Shown piece after piece: positions 7,498 through 16,084 of a DNA stretch of 26,610 nucleotides; the first letter of the stretch is position 1, and every line of letters begins with the position of its first letter. The stretch lies in the IMG/VR virus record IMGVR_UViG_3300028428_000052, positions 1 to 26,610 of that record; one strand, 5' to 3'. Source of the stretch: a virus. Taxonomy: Duplodnaviria > Caudoviricetes. The notes beneath the pieces were generated by a model. It did not search any database. It had not been told where the DNA came from and was given only the letters and a program-made list of their open reading frames with translations. Both the position numbers and the translations under genes were made by a program.

Positions 7498-8040
7498 TTG
7501 CAAATAGCAGGACCACGCAACAAACAAGGACCCGCAGGGCCGCAAGGACCTGAAGGACCACAGGGCCCGCAAGGGGAAATCGGACCCGCACCAGAGCATG
7601 AATGGCGCGGCACGGAGCTTCGTTTTCAAAACCCTGACGGCTCATGGGGACCATGGGTTGACTTGCAAGGTGAAGACGGCAAGGACGGCAAGCCAGGACC
7701 GAAGGGACCGCGCGGACCGCAAGGAATTCCGGGAGACCCAGGAAGTGGCAGCGGCGGCGGAGGAGCTGGATTTTCTGTTTGGTGGGTAAAGCCAGGCGAA
7801 GAGTTGAACATTTCGGAAGTGAATGAAATGCTTTTAAAAACCCCGTTGAGAAATCAGGGGGTAGTGAATAACAAAGGCATTATTCGATTCATCGAAGACG
7901 ATACGCAACAGATGCCGTTTTGGAAGCAAATACCTTTGGACAAAACAGTCGTCGTTCAAGAGAATCGAGTCATGTTCGTGAAGGGCGTATTTATGAACCG
8001 TGGGATATTGAGAAATCAAGGAACGGTGGAAGGAATTTAG
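7498..8040 (+). CDS. Collagen-like (Gly-X-Y) protein
   Basis: Two GXY tracts (GPAGPQGPEGPQGPQGEIGPA and GEDGKDGKPGPKGPRGPQGIPGDP) separated by a short W-rich insert. TTG start with GAGGT SD. Confidence 0.8.
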   Translation: MQIAGPRNKQGPAGPQGPEGPQGPQGEIGPAPEHEWRGTELRFQNPDGSWGPWVDLQGEDGKDGKPGPKGPRGPQGIPGDPGSGSGGGGAGFSVWWVKPGEELNISEVNEMLLKTPLRNQGVVNNKGIIRFIEDDTQQMPFWKQIPLDKTVVVQENRVMFVKGVFMNRGILRNQGTVEGI

Positions 8041-8041
8041 T

Positions 8042-10225
8042 ATGGGAATTTATGGATACGAGTTCAAAAATAGAGCTGATGTACCAACGCCAGCAGCCGG
8101 AGAGGCGTTTGAGTTCATCGACTTGGCAAACGATAAAAAAACAAGAAAACTTTCCGACGGTTCTTTTGTCATTATTGAGGGCGGCGTAGGGTCATTCGCT
8201 CCATTAAGTCACGTCGGCTCTACTGGCGTCACGGAACATGGAGTGGCAACGGATTTAGTTGCTGGATTCATGAGCCAAGCGGACAAGTCGAAGCTCGACG
8301 GAATTGCGGCTGGCGCAACGGTAAACGATTCAAACGCATCGCTTAGAGACCGATCAACGCACACAGGGACTCAAAACTCAGGCACGATTTCAGACTTCAA
8401 TTCAGCGGCGGACACCAGGGTTTCATTAAGAGTTCTCGCGCACGAGGCGGCAGCTGACCCACACCCACAATATACAACTTTTTCCGAGGCTGCGGCAGTG
8501 GCTCCGGTTCAATCCGTGGCGGGCAAAACCGGCGCTGTGTCTTTAAATAGCGCAGACGTCGGGCTCGGCTCGGTTGACAATACTTCAGATCTATCAAAAC
8601 CAATTTCGACTGCGACTCAAGCGGCGCTCAACAATAAAGCCGACTTGGTAGCTGGAAAAGTTCCCATCGGTCAAATTCCTGACGCTGTTCTCGGACAGGT
8701 TTCATTTCAAGGGCTATGGGACGCCAGCACAAACAGCCCGACACTGGCGACCGGACTCGGCGCTAAAGGTGACTATTACGTTGTGAGCGTCGCTGGTTCT
8801 ACGAATCTTGATGGCGTAACGTCTTGGCAGGTCGGTGACTGGGCGATTTTCGACGGTACAGCCTGGGGCAAGGTCGACAATACGGACGCGGTTTCAAGCG
8901 TTGCTGGTAAAACTGGCGCGGTTACTTTAGACACTGACGACGTGACGGAAGCTGGCAATTTGTATCACACGACTTCACGCGCGCGCACGGCTGCGGTTGT
9001 GAACACATTGGCGGGAAGTCAAACAGACCAAGCTCCAAGCGTTCAGGTCACAAAAACTGCAATCGACGCAAAAGTAACGGACCCAATGACGACGGCTGGG
9101 GATATGATCATCCGTGATCTTGCAAACCAAACGGCGCGACTTCCGCTTGGAACTGATAAGTACATTTTGCAATCGAACGGCGGAGTTCCTGTTTGGGCTG
9201 AAGAAAACTTACAGCAAGATTTTGGCGGCGGCTCGGATGGTGACGTCACACTCACGGGTGTTTTGAATTTGACCGGACCACAATATTACAACGAACTGAC
9301 AATGGGACCTAGTGGAGCGATTAATTTGAATGGATTTCCCCTCTATGCGAAGAAAATAATCTTAACTAACGCAGACGCAAACTCTATCAGGTTTAACGGC
9401 ACAAATGGCTCCAATGCTTCAACTCAAACTGGAGCAGGTGGAGCTACAGGACAAGTCACAAACATGCTCGGCGGATCGGGAGCTGGAGGTTCCGGAGCTA
9501 CTGGAGTGGTTGGTGCCGGTGTTTCGGCAAGTGCTCCAACGAACGTGTCACCTTCCAACGGAGGAAACGGTGGAGCTGGAGGCGCTGGCGGTTCTGGAAA
9601 TGCTGGGGCAAATGCTGGTGGCGCTTCTCGCGCGGGCGCGACGGCTTCGAACCTTGTTGAGTTTGATCGAATAGAGACAGCGTTCCTCAGAGGTGCAACA
9701 ATCATCACTGGAGGCGCTGGCGGTGCCGGTGGTTCTTCGGGTGGCGGAGACGGTGCAGTCGCTGGTCGCGGAGGCGGCGGAGGCGGCGCGGGCGGCGGCA
9801 TGTGCGCAATTTATTGCCAAGAATTTGTCACTGGTCCGTCAACTCCTGCAGCAGTTTTCTCTTCTGGTGGTGGTAACGGAGGAAACGGAGCCAACGGAGC
9901 TGCTGGAAACGTAGGCGGCGGCGGTGGAGGTGGAGGAGGCGCAGGTGGATACATCTACATCGCTTACTTAAGACGCACTGGACCTGTCGTTGCTGGACTT
10001 GCTAATGCTTCTGGAGGCAATGGAGGCAATGGTGGAAACGGAATTGGAACTGGAGTTGGTGGAACTGGAGGATCAGGTGCTAACGGTGGACGCATCAGAC
10101 TTTACAACGCATTGACGGCAACCTCGATCGCAGTTATCGGAACGGCTGGGTCTGCTGGAACGGCTGGCGTTGGAACAGTTGGCGGAGTTGGCGGAGCTGG
10201 CGGAGTTTGTCAGGCTACTTTTTAA
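8042..10225 (+). CDS. Fibre-like structural protein with a C-terminal glycine-rich adhesin-like domain
   Basis: Phage-fibre motifs AGFMSQADKSKLDGI, HEAAADPHPQY, SVAGKTGAVxL (twice) and DVGLGSVDNTSDLSKPIS. The last ~270 aa are GG-rich tracts interleaved with hydrophobic strands. Confidence 0.75.
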   Translation: MGIYGYEFKNRADVPTPAAGEAFEFIDLANDKKTRKLSDGSFVIIEGGVGSFAPLSHVGSTGVTEHGVATDLVAGFMSQADKSKLDGIAAGATVNDSNASLRDRSTHTGTQNSGTISDFNSAADTRVSLRVLAHEAAADPHPQYTTFSEAAAVAPVQSVAGKTGAVSLNSADVGLGSVDNTSDLSKPISTATQAALNNKADLVAGKVPIGQIPDAVLGQVSFQGLWDASTNSPTLATGLGAKGDYYVVSVAGSTNLDGVTSWQVGDWAIFDGTAWGKVDNTDAVSSVAGKTGAVTLDTDDVTEAGNLYHTTSRARTAAVVNTLAGSQTDQAPSVQVTKTAIDAKVTDPMTTAGDMIIRDLANQTARLPLGTDKYILQSNGGVPVWAEENLQQDFGGGSDGDVTLTGVLNLTGPQYYNELTMGPSGAINLNGFPLYAKKIILTNADANSIRFNGTNGSNASTQTGAGGATGQVTNMLGGSGAGGSGATGVVGAGVSASAPTNVSPSNGGNGGAGGAGGSGNAGANAGGASRAGATASNLVEFDRIETAFLRGATIITGGAGGAGGSSGGGDGAVAGRGGGGGGAGGGMCAIYCQEFVTGPSTPAAVFSSGGGNGGNGANGAAGNVGGGGGGGGGAGGYIYIAYLRRTGPVVAGLANASGGNGGNGGNGIGTGVGGTGGSGANGGRIRLYNALTATSIAVIGTAGSAGTAGVGTVGGVGGAGGVCQATF

Positions 10226-10235
10226 GGAGTGAACA

Positions 10236-10598
10236 ATGACTAGAAATATTTTGGACTTTCAGGGAAACATTGTGGGAACGATTGAATTCCCAGCCGGAAC
10301 ACCGGAGGCGGTTATCAATGCGAAGCTTGCAGAAATGGCGCGCAATCCTTCAGACGCATTGCCGGACATCACTCCACGTCAGGTCAGACAAGCTCTGATT
10401 TTGAGCGGGATTTCAATTCAACAAATCGAGAATGCGATTGCACAACTGCCGGAGCCAAACAAATCGCTGGCGCAAGTCGAGTGGGAATACAGCATCGCTT
10501 TTAAAAGAATAAACCCTTTGGTCGCTCAGATTGGTCAAATCGTAGGCAAAACCCCTGCGGAAATCGATGCAATTTGGCGTTTAGGGATGACGCTATAA
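10236..10598 (+). CDS. Hypothetical protein, possible fibre assembly chaperone
   Basis: AAGGAG SD. The ITPRQVRQAL...WEYS...EIDAIW pattern is typical of small genes that follow phage fibres. Confidence 0.55.
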   Translation: MTRNILDFQGNIVGTIEFPAGTPEAVINAKLAEMARNPSDALPDITPRQVRQALILSGISIQQIENAIAQLPEPNKSLAQVEWEYSIAFKRINPLVAQIGQIVGKTPAEIDAIWRLGMTL

Positions 10599-11125
10599 TG
10601 GAATTTGTGGTTTTTGAATGCACATCACGCAAGAAATTCAATCCGCTCGCACGGTTGATCATGTATATGCAGAAAATCCCTTTCAGTCACATGGCAATCA
10701 TGGCCATAACGGACAACGGAATGGTCGTATATGACGCGGTTTACCCGCGCGCGCGCAAGATCGCATACGGGGATTGGCTCAAGGATTATGCAGTCATTGA
10801 CAGCTACACCATGAAACGTCCTGAAGTGATGCCTTACTTGGCGCTGGAATTTCTTGAAAAGCTGATCGCCAAGAACGAAAACTACTCAATCGCGCAACTG
10901 ATCTTGATTCAGGCGCAGAATACGTTCGTTCAATTGAAAAGAATTTTATCGAGAGTCATTCTCAATCACGAAAAGGGAGCTGTTTGCTCGGAAATCATCG
11001 CGCGTTTCGTTGCGTACGCATACGGAGTGAAGCTCGATGAGCAATTTGACACTGTGGACTTGGTTGAGGCGTCACGCGTGGCCCGTCAATATTCTGTCGG
11101 TGAGTTCGATGGGGAATACAAGTGA
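10598..11125 (+). CDS. Permuted papain-like (NlpC/P60, YiiX/YebB-like) enzyme
   Basis: His-first/Cys-last arrangement: FSHMAI near the N-terminus, then NYS, then AVCSEIIA. The start is coupled to the upstream stop (TAATG at 10596-10600). Confidence 0.7.
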   Translation: MEFVVFECTSRKKFNPLARLIMYMQKIPFSHMAIMAITDNGMVVYDAVYPRARKIAYGDWLKDYAVIDSYTMKRPEVMPYLALEFLEKLIAKNENYSIAQLILIQAQNTFVQLKRILSRVILNHEKGAVCSEIIARFVAYAYGVKLDEQFDTVDLVEASRVARQYSVGEFDGEYK

Positions 11126-11463
11126 CAAAAACAACCGTCGGAGAACGCATCACATTGGCTTTGAAGCTCTGGGACTCGAACCCAGCCGCTAAAGTGCGCG
11201 CCGATTTGTACGACACCCAAGGGAAGCTGTACAAGCAAACGTATTTATTCCATGCTGGCGACGGGTTGTATCTGAACACGGAAGAAGAACAGCCGGATTT
11301 TGCCTTGATTGCTACCTATAAAATCACGAACTCCGAAGACTATGCGGATGTGGCGGAGCAATTTTGGCCCATGGCAAAGGTCCAGCCCCCGTCTAAATTC
11401 ATCACTGGCATGGTAAAGTCCAAGAAGACTCAATCCGAATACATCACGGGAGTGATCAAATGA
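11122..11463 (+). CDS. Hypothetical protein
   Basis: GTGA overlap with the upstream gene and ATGA overlap with the downstream gene. No motif recognised. Confidence 0.6.
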   Translation: MTKTTVGERITLALKLWDSNPAAKVRADLYDTQGKLYKQTYLFHAGDGLYLNTEEEQPDFALIATYKITNSEDYADVAEQFWPMAKVQPPSKFITGMVKSKKTQSEYITGVIK

Positions 11464-11759
11464 AGTTGAGAATAATTAATGAATTCGGGAACCCGTTCAA
11501 CCTGCAAGCCGTTGACTCTATCAAAGTCCAATTCCAATACGAAAATGGTCACACGCTCGAAAAAAACTCATATCGTATTATTGACGAGACTGAAGGTAAA
11601 ATCGAACTTGACCTCGAAGACTTTGAAATTCAAGGTTTAAAGGTGGGCGAAAAGCAAAACTTCATGGCTGAAGTCGCTATCGGCGACGACGTTTATCATG
11701 TTTTGTTTGAAAAAGGCCTAAACGTGGGACTCGAAAATGACAGGAAGGTCATCAAATGA
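11460..11759 (+). CDS. Hypothetical beta-rich protein
   Basis: GGAG SD and ATGA coupling at both ends. No motif recognised. Confidence 0.6.
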   Translation: MKLRIINEFGNPFNLQAVDSIKVQFQYENGHTLEKNSYRIIDETEGKIELDLEDFEIQGLKVGEKQNFMAEVAIGDDVYHVLFEKGLNVGLENDRKVIK

Positions 11760-12406
11760 CGCCAAAAGTAGAAGTCAAATCATTCGACCTAGAGATCAAA
11801 GACGCCGACAGCAACGGAATGATTCGTGGCTTCGCGTCCACGTTCGGAAACGTCGATCTGGGGATGGACGTAGTGGACAAGGGCGCTTTCAAGAAGTCCA
11901 TCAAGGAGTCCAAGGGCTTGTGGCCGATCTTGGCGGATCACGACCCGACGAAACAGATTGGATGGAACCTCCGCGCGGAGGAGGACGAAAAAGGGCTCTA
12001 CGTCGAAGGAAAGCTAGATTTGAACGTGCAAAGCGCGCGCGAAAAATACTCGCTGGCGAAAACGGCGCAGGAGATGGGCGCGAAAATGGGGCTGTCGATC
12101 GGGTACATGGTGGTGAAGGCCGAACCAGACCGCGAAAAACCAATGGTGAGACGCCTGAAGGAACTTAAACTTTTCGAATACTCTCTCGTAACATTTCCAA
12201 TGAACACTGAAGCCATGATCACGTCGATGAAATCCCAGCCGGACGACGCTCGACAAGCATGGCTCAAAGAACATTTTAGACAATTAAAGCAACAAGGGTT
12301 TACTGATTTACAAATCGAGATGGCACTTCATGGTGAAGCCGCCGACGGAAATGATCCGCTCCTAGAGCAATCATTACAGAAATTGATTTCGACGATCAGA
12401 GCCTAA
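11756..12406 (+). CDS. HK97-family prohead protease
   Basis: Motifs GFASTFGNVD...GAF, ILADHD...IG, GLYVEGKL, GLSIGY and LFEYSLVTFPMN. Confidence 0.95.
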   Translation: MTPKVEVKSFDLEIKDADSNGMIRGFASTFGNVDLGMDVVDKGAFKKSIKESKGLWPILADHDPTKQIGWNLRAEEDEKGLYVEGKLDLNVQSAREKYSLAKTAQEMGAKMGLSIGYMVVKAEPDREKPMVRRLKELKLFEYSLVTFPMNTEAMITSMKSQPDDARQAWLKEHFRQLKQQGFTDLQIEMALHGEAADGNDPLLEQSLQKLISTIRA

Positions 12407-12420
12407 CTAACAAGGAGAAA

Positions 12421-13599
12421 ATGCAAATGGATACTACAAAGGTATTGACTGATCTTCAGTCAGCATTTTCAGAGTTTAAGTCTGCGAACGAAGCTCGCAT
12501 TAAGGCTCTGGAAACAAAGGGTTATGCTCCGGCAGACCTTCAAGAAAAAGTGGACAAATTGAACGAAGAAGTTCAAAAGAAGTCCGATGAACTCGCGCAA
12601 ATCAAAACTGCAATGGCGCGATCTCAGCAACCCGCAGAACAAAAAGGACAGCGAACTGAAACTGAAGTGAAGGCTGCTAAATTGTTCGATGGTTATTTGA
12701 GAAAAGGTCTGAATGAAATGGAAATCAAAGCCCTTTCGTCTGACTCTGACGAAGACGGGGGCCTGCTCATCACTCCTCAAACTTCTTCTGAAATCGTGAA
12801 GAAGGTTTTCGAAACGTCTCCAATGAGACAACACGCTTCTGTTCAAACTATCAGCTCAAGCTCACTCGAAATCCTCCAGGACCTCGATGAAGCTGGTGCG
12901 GGATGGGTTGGCGAAGTTGAAGCGCGTCCTGAAACATCAACTCCTAAATTGAACATGATCGAAATTCCTGTTCATGAGTTGTACGCAGAACCTCAAGCCA
13001 CTCAACGTCTTTTGGACGATGCTGCTATCAATATGGAAGCATGGTTGGCTGAGAAAGTTGCTGATCGTTTCGCTCGCTTTGAAAATGCGGCTTTTGTTTC
13101 TGGCGATGGCGTGAAAAAAGCAAAAGGTTTCTTGAGCTATGCTGCTGGAACTGGATTTTTCCAAGTCGAGCAAGTGAACTCTGGAAGCGCAACGACTATC
13201 ACTGGCGATTCTTTGATCAATCTCATGTACTCTTTGAAAACTGCGTATAAACCGAACGCGAAGTACTTCATGAGCCGAGATGCAATCAAAGTTGCTCGCT
13301 TGTTGAAGGACTTAGACGGACGTTATTTGTGGGCGCCAGGTCTTGACGGTCAAACTGCGGGTTCAATCCTCGGTTATGAAATCGTTGAGTTCCAAGATAT
13401 GCCTACAGTAGCAGCGGGGAACCTTGTTGCCGCTTTCGGTGACATGAGACAAGCTTATCAAATCGTTGATCGTATCGGTATCCGCGTACTGCGTGACCCG
13501 TTCACGGCTAAACCATTCATCAAGTTCTACACAACTAAACGCGTTGGCGGTGGTGTGAAGAATTTCGAAGCTCTTAAGCTTCTGAAAGTGTCGGTGTAA
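12421..13599 (+). CDS. HK97-family major capsid protein with an N-terminal delta (scaffold) domain
   Basis: Coiled-coil N-terminus of ~105 aa, probable cleavage at EIK/ALSS followed by DGGLLI, then QRLLDDA, GRYLW, FGDMRQAY and KRVGGGV. AAGGAG SD. Confidence 0.97.
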   Translation: MQMDTTKVLTDLQSAFSEFKSANEARIKALETKGYAPADLQEKVDKLNEEVQKKSDELAQIKTAMARSQQPAEQKGQRTETEVKAAKLFDGYLRKGLNEMEIKALSSDSDEDGGLLITPQTSSEIVKKVFETSPMRQHASVQTISSSSLEILQDLDEAGAGWVGEVEARPETSTPKLNMIEIPVHELYAEPQATQRLLDDAAINMEAWLAEKVADRFARFENAAFVSGDGVKKAKGFLSYAAGTGFFQVEQVNSGSATTITGDSLINLMYSLKTAYKPNAKYFMSRDAIKVARLLKDLDGRYLWAPGLDGQTAGSILGYEIVEFQDMPTVAAGNLVAAFGDMRQAYQIVDRIGIRVLRDPFTAKPFIKFYTTKRVGGGVKNFEALKLLKVSV

Positions 13600-13600
13600 T

Positions 13601-14005
13601 ATGTGGAAGAATCAAAAACTTAAACAGTATCATCAATTGGCTTTGGCGCCTCAAACGCTCACTGCTGACGCAAACACTGCGGGAATTGACTGTCAGAGCA
13701 TAAACAGCTTGGCGTTCATCGTTGCAGTTGGCGCGTTCGCATTCTCTGGCACGAATAAAATCGGCTTGAAATTGCAGCACTCTGACGACAACGTGACGTT
13801 TGTTGACGTTACTCAAGTCTACGAAGGCGTTGCTCCACTCGTGAAAGAGTTGGACACGCCTGCAGAGCAATCTCAAACGCACTTGGTAGAATACCGAGGC
13901 GGAAAAAGATATGCTCGCTTGCAATTAGACATCAGCGGCACGGTTTCCGTTACCACTTCTGTCGTTGCAATTTCTCACGATCCAGAAAAAATGCCTCCTT
14001 TATAA
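13601..14005 (+). CDS. Putative capsid decoration/cement protein
   Basis: Directly follows the capsid gene, ahead of the terminator. Beta-sandwich-like with KLQHSDD and KRYARL motifs. Confidence 0.6.
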   Translation: MWKNQKLKQYHQLALAPQTLTADANTAGIDCQSINSLAFIVAVGAFAFSGTNKIGLKLQHSDDNVTFVDVTQVYEGVAPLVKELDTPAEQSQTHLVEYRGGKRYARLQLDISGTVSVTTSVVAISHDPEKMPPL

Positions 14006-14027
14006 CCATCAATTGATTTGAATGGTC

Positions 14028-14081
14028 GAGGCGGGTTGGAGGGACTTGCGTAAAAGTAAGGAAATTGCCCGCCTCTTTTTT
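14028..14081 (+). terminator. Rho-independent terminator after the capsid/decoration genes
   Basis: Stem GAGGCGGGT (14028-14036) / GCCCGCCTC (14067-14075) followed by T6. The long loop contains an inner hairpin. Confidence 0.7.
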
Positions 14082-14091
14082 AGGGATTGAA

Positions 14092-14388
14092 ATGAAGAAA
14101 TGGATTTACATGCTGACCAATATGCCGGTCCAATTTGCTGACGGTCGGGAGGATTTACTCCGCGCAGGACTTGGCTATGAACTCGACGCGCAAGAAGCGC
14201 AGCGGTTTATCAATTTTGGTTTGGCCGTGCCCATGGAGGAGCCGAAAAATGGCGCTATTGAAAAAACTCGCAGCAGCTCTCGAACAGCCGGTGACGGTTC
14301 AGGAAGCAAAAGACTACCTAAGAGTGGACGGAGCAAGCGAGGACTCAAGAATAGCTCTAATGATCGAGGCCGCAACGCAAAGGCTTGA
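14092..14388 (+). CDS. Small hypothetical head-region protein
   Basis: ATG 14092 follows AGGGA. The first ~50 aa look globular. The basic low-complexity tail overlaps the next gene by 140 nt. Confidence 0.5.
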   Translation: MKKWIYMLTNMPVQFADGREDLLRAGLGYELDAQEAQRFINFGLAVPMEEPKNGAIEKTRSSSRTAGDGSGSKRLPKSGRSKRGLKNSSNDRGRNAKA

Positions 14389-14902
14389 GGACTATTGTGA
14401 CCAACGGTTCATCGAGCAAACCTGGGCGCAGTATCTTGATTGCTGGCCTACGCGCGTGCGCGGGGGCATGTGGTGGGATGGTGTTCGCGAAATGCCAATT
14501 TCCGAACTATACACCGGCGCCGAAGAAATCGAAATGCTCATCGGACCTGTTCGACAAGTTCTTGAATTTAACACTTACGCTGACGATGGCGTTGCTGAAC
14601 TTTTTCCTGCTTCTGGTTATATTGTTGATAGTGTTGGCTCTATTGGTCGGGTCGCACTACCTCTTGGGGGCGTATGGCCCACCACAATTCTACGAAAACT
14701 CAACGGCATCGAAATAAAATTCACCGCTGGAATGGCTGCGACGGCGGCGGAAGTTCCACCAACGATAAAGCAAGCCGTCTTAGAACTTGTGGCGCACTTG
14801 TATGAGCATCGCGGGGACGAAAAGCAAGTCGCTATTCCGTCCGTTGTGTCTCTTATGATGGCCCCTTACAAGCGCACGCGCCTGGGGTTTAATGGATATT
14901 AA
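14249..14902 (+). CDS. Head-tail connector (HK97 gp6/phiE125 gp8-like adaptor)
   Basis: Motifs PVTVQEAKDYLRVD...I..MIEAA..RLEDY and VPPTIKQAVLELVAHLYEHR. ATG 14249 has SD GGAGGAG. Confidence 0.92.
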   Translation: MALLKKLAAALEQPVTVQEAKDYLRVDGASEDSRIALMIEAATQRLEDYCDQRFIEQTWAQYLDCWPTRVRGGMWWDGVREMPISELYTGAEEIEMLIGPVRQVLEFNTYADDGVAELFPASGYIVDSVGSIGRVALPLGGVWPTTILRKLNGIEIKFTAGMAATAAEVPPTIKQAVLELVAHLYEHRGDEKQVAIPSVVSLMMAPYKRTRLGFNGY

Positions 14903-15230
14903 GATCGCCGAGCTTAGACATCGCATTCAACTCGAACGCTTGGCGCAAACGCCAGACGGTCAGGGCGGTGCTACGCTGGCGTGGAATTTAGTTCAAGAAT
15001 GTTGGGCAAAAATCACACCCAAGTCCGGGATTGAGCGAGTCTTCGCGCAGAAACTGGAAGACGTTTATGACCACGAAATCGTCATTCGAAACACCTTAGA
15101 TCATTTGCCTAATAAAGCAGCCGACCGCTTCCGATACGGTAGCAGACTATTTCAGATTCACTCGGTCCAGTACGTGGACGAGCGGAAATGGTGGATTGTT
15201 ATCAAGGTCAAGGAAGGGGTGGCGTCTTGA
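14892..15230 (+). CDS. Head closure / head-tail joining protein (SPP1 gp16-like)
   Basis: Motif LRHRIQL...DGQGG...W...WAKI...RLFQIHSV, in the canonical position. Confidence 0.9.
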   Translation: MDIKIAELRHRIQLERLAQTPDGQGGATLAWNLVQECWAKITPKSGIERVFAQKLEDVYDHEIVIRNTLDHLPNKAADRFRYGSRLFQIHSVQYVDERKWWIVIKVKEGVAS

Positions 15231-15673
15231 AATTCACAGCAAAGGTTACTCGCAAGCTGAAGAAACTCGACAAGCTGAGCTCATTTGGCGGCAATTTAAA
15301 GGAACTTGAGCGTCAAACGAACGCGCTGATCGCATTGGAAATTCGCAACGCCGCAATCAAACTGATCAACGAAAACACCGACGGAACCCCCGCCATTCGA
15401 TACAACCCGCGCCGAAAGGTGGCAGTTTCGAAGCCTGGAGACCCACCGAACACAGACCTTGGTCGATTGGTGCAGTCTATTCGCGTTGAGCGTGGCGAGG
15501 GAACAGCGGCCCTGGTTGGCACGAACCTGAAATACGGCGCATGGCTTGAGTTCGGAACTCAGACAATGGCTCCGCGCCCATGGCTGTCGACGGCGTTGAA
15601 AATGACCAGCGCGAACCTCGCGAAAATCACGCGAACGGCGTATGATAACTTCATGAAGGAATTTTTTAAATGA
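15227..15673 (+). CDS. HK97 gp10-like tail component
   Basis: Motif SKPGDPPNTDLGRLVQSI...YGAWLEFGTQTMAPRPWL. Probable TTG start overlapping the upstream TGA. Confidence 0.85.
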   Translation: MKFTAKVTRKLKKLDKLSSFGGNLKELERQTNALIALEIRNAAIKLINENTDGTPAIRYNPRRKVAVSKPGDPPNTDLGRLVQSIRVERGEGTAALVGTNLKYGAWLEFGTQTMAPRPWLSTALKMTSANLAKITRTAYDNFMKEFFK

Positions 15674-16083
15674 CGTGGGCTCCTCAGGAACTACAAAAAA
15701 CGCTTTGGGAAGTGCTGACGGCGGACGCTCCGTTGATGGCTCTAGTCGCTGGCGTATTCGATTCGACGTCAGTTCCGCAGGACCAAGCCTTTCCATACGT
15801 CACGATCGGAGAGGCGACGTTCACAGACCGATCAAGTCACACGCACAGGGGATTCGCCGCGGAAGTCACAATTCACGTTTGGGACCAGTCAGAGAATCGC
15901 GGACGGAAAAAGGTCCAGCAAATACAGGCCGAAGTTGATCGTCTCTTGCATACGGTTAACATCTGTATTGACGGCTGGAACATCATCAATTTCAGACAGG
16001 TTTTCGTTGAAGTCATCGTCGATGCCGACAACGTAACAATGCACGGAATTCAAAGATTTAACCTTATGATAGGGGAGGCTTAA
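15670..16083 (+). CDS. Tail completion/terminator protein (DUF3168, SPP1 gp17-like)
   Basis: Motif LQKTLWEVL...GVFD...VP...FPYVTIGE...IHVW...HG, located just before the major tail gene. Confidence 0.88.
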   Translation: MTWAPQELQKTLWEVLTADAPLMALVAGVFDSTSVPQDQAFPYVTIGEATFTDRSSHTHRGFAAEVTIHVWDQSENRGRKKVQQIQAEVDRLLHTVNICIDGWNIINFRQVFVEVIVDADNVTMHGIQRFNLMIGEA

Positions 16084-16084
16084 A

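Noticed and set aside
9400-10220. CRISPR array or tandem DNA repeat in the GGN-rich region
   Set aside because: There is no fixed repeat-spacer periodicity; the repetition is explained by glycine codons.
11737-12168. 143-aa Arg-rich alternative-frame ORF over the protease gene
   Set aside because: It lies almost wholly within a conserved gene, has no recognisable motif, and its composition is typical of off-frame translation.
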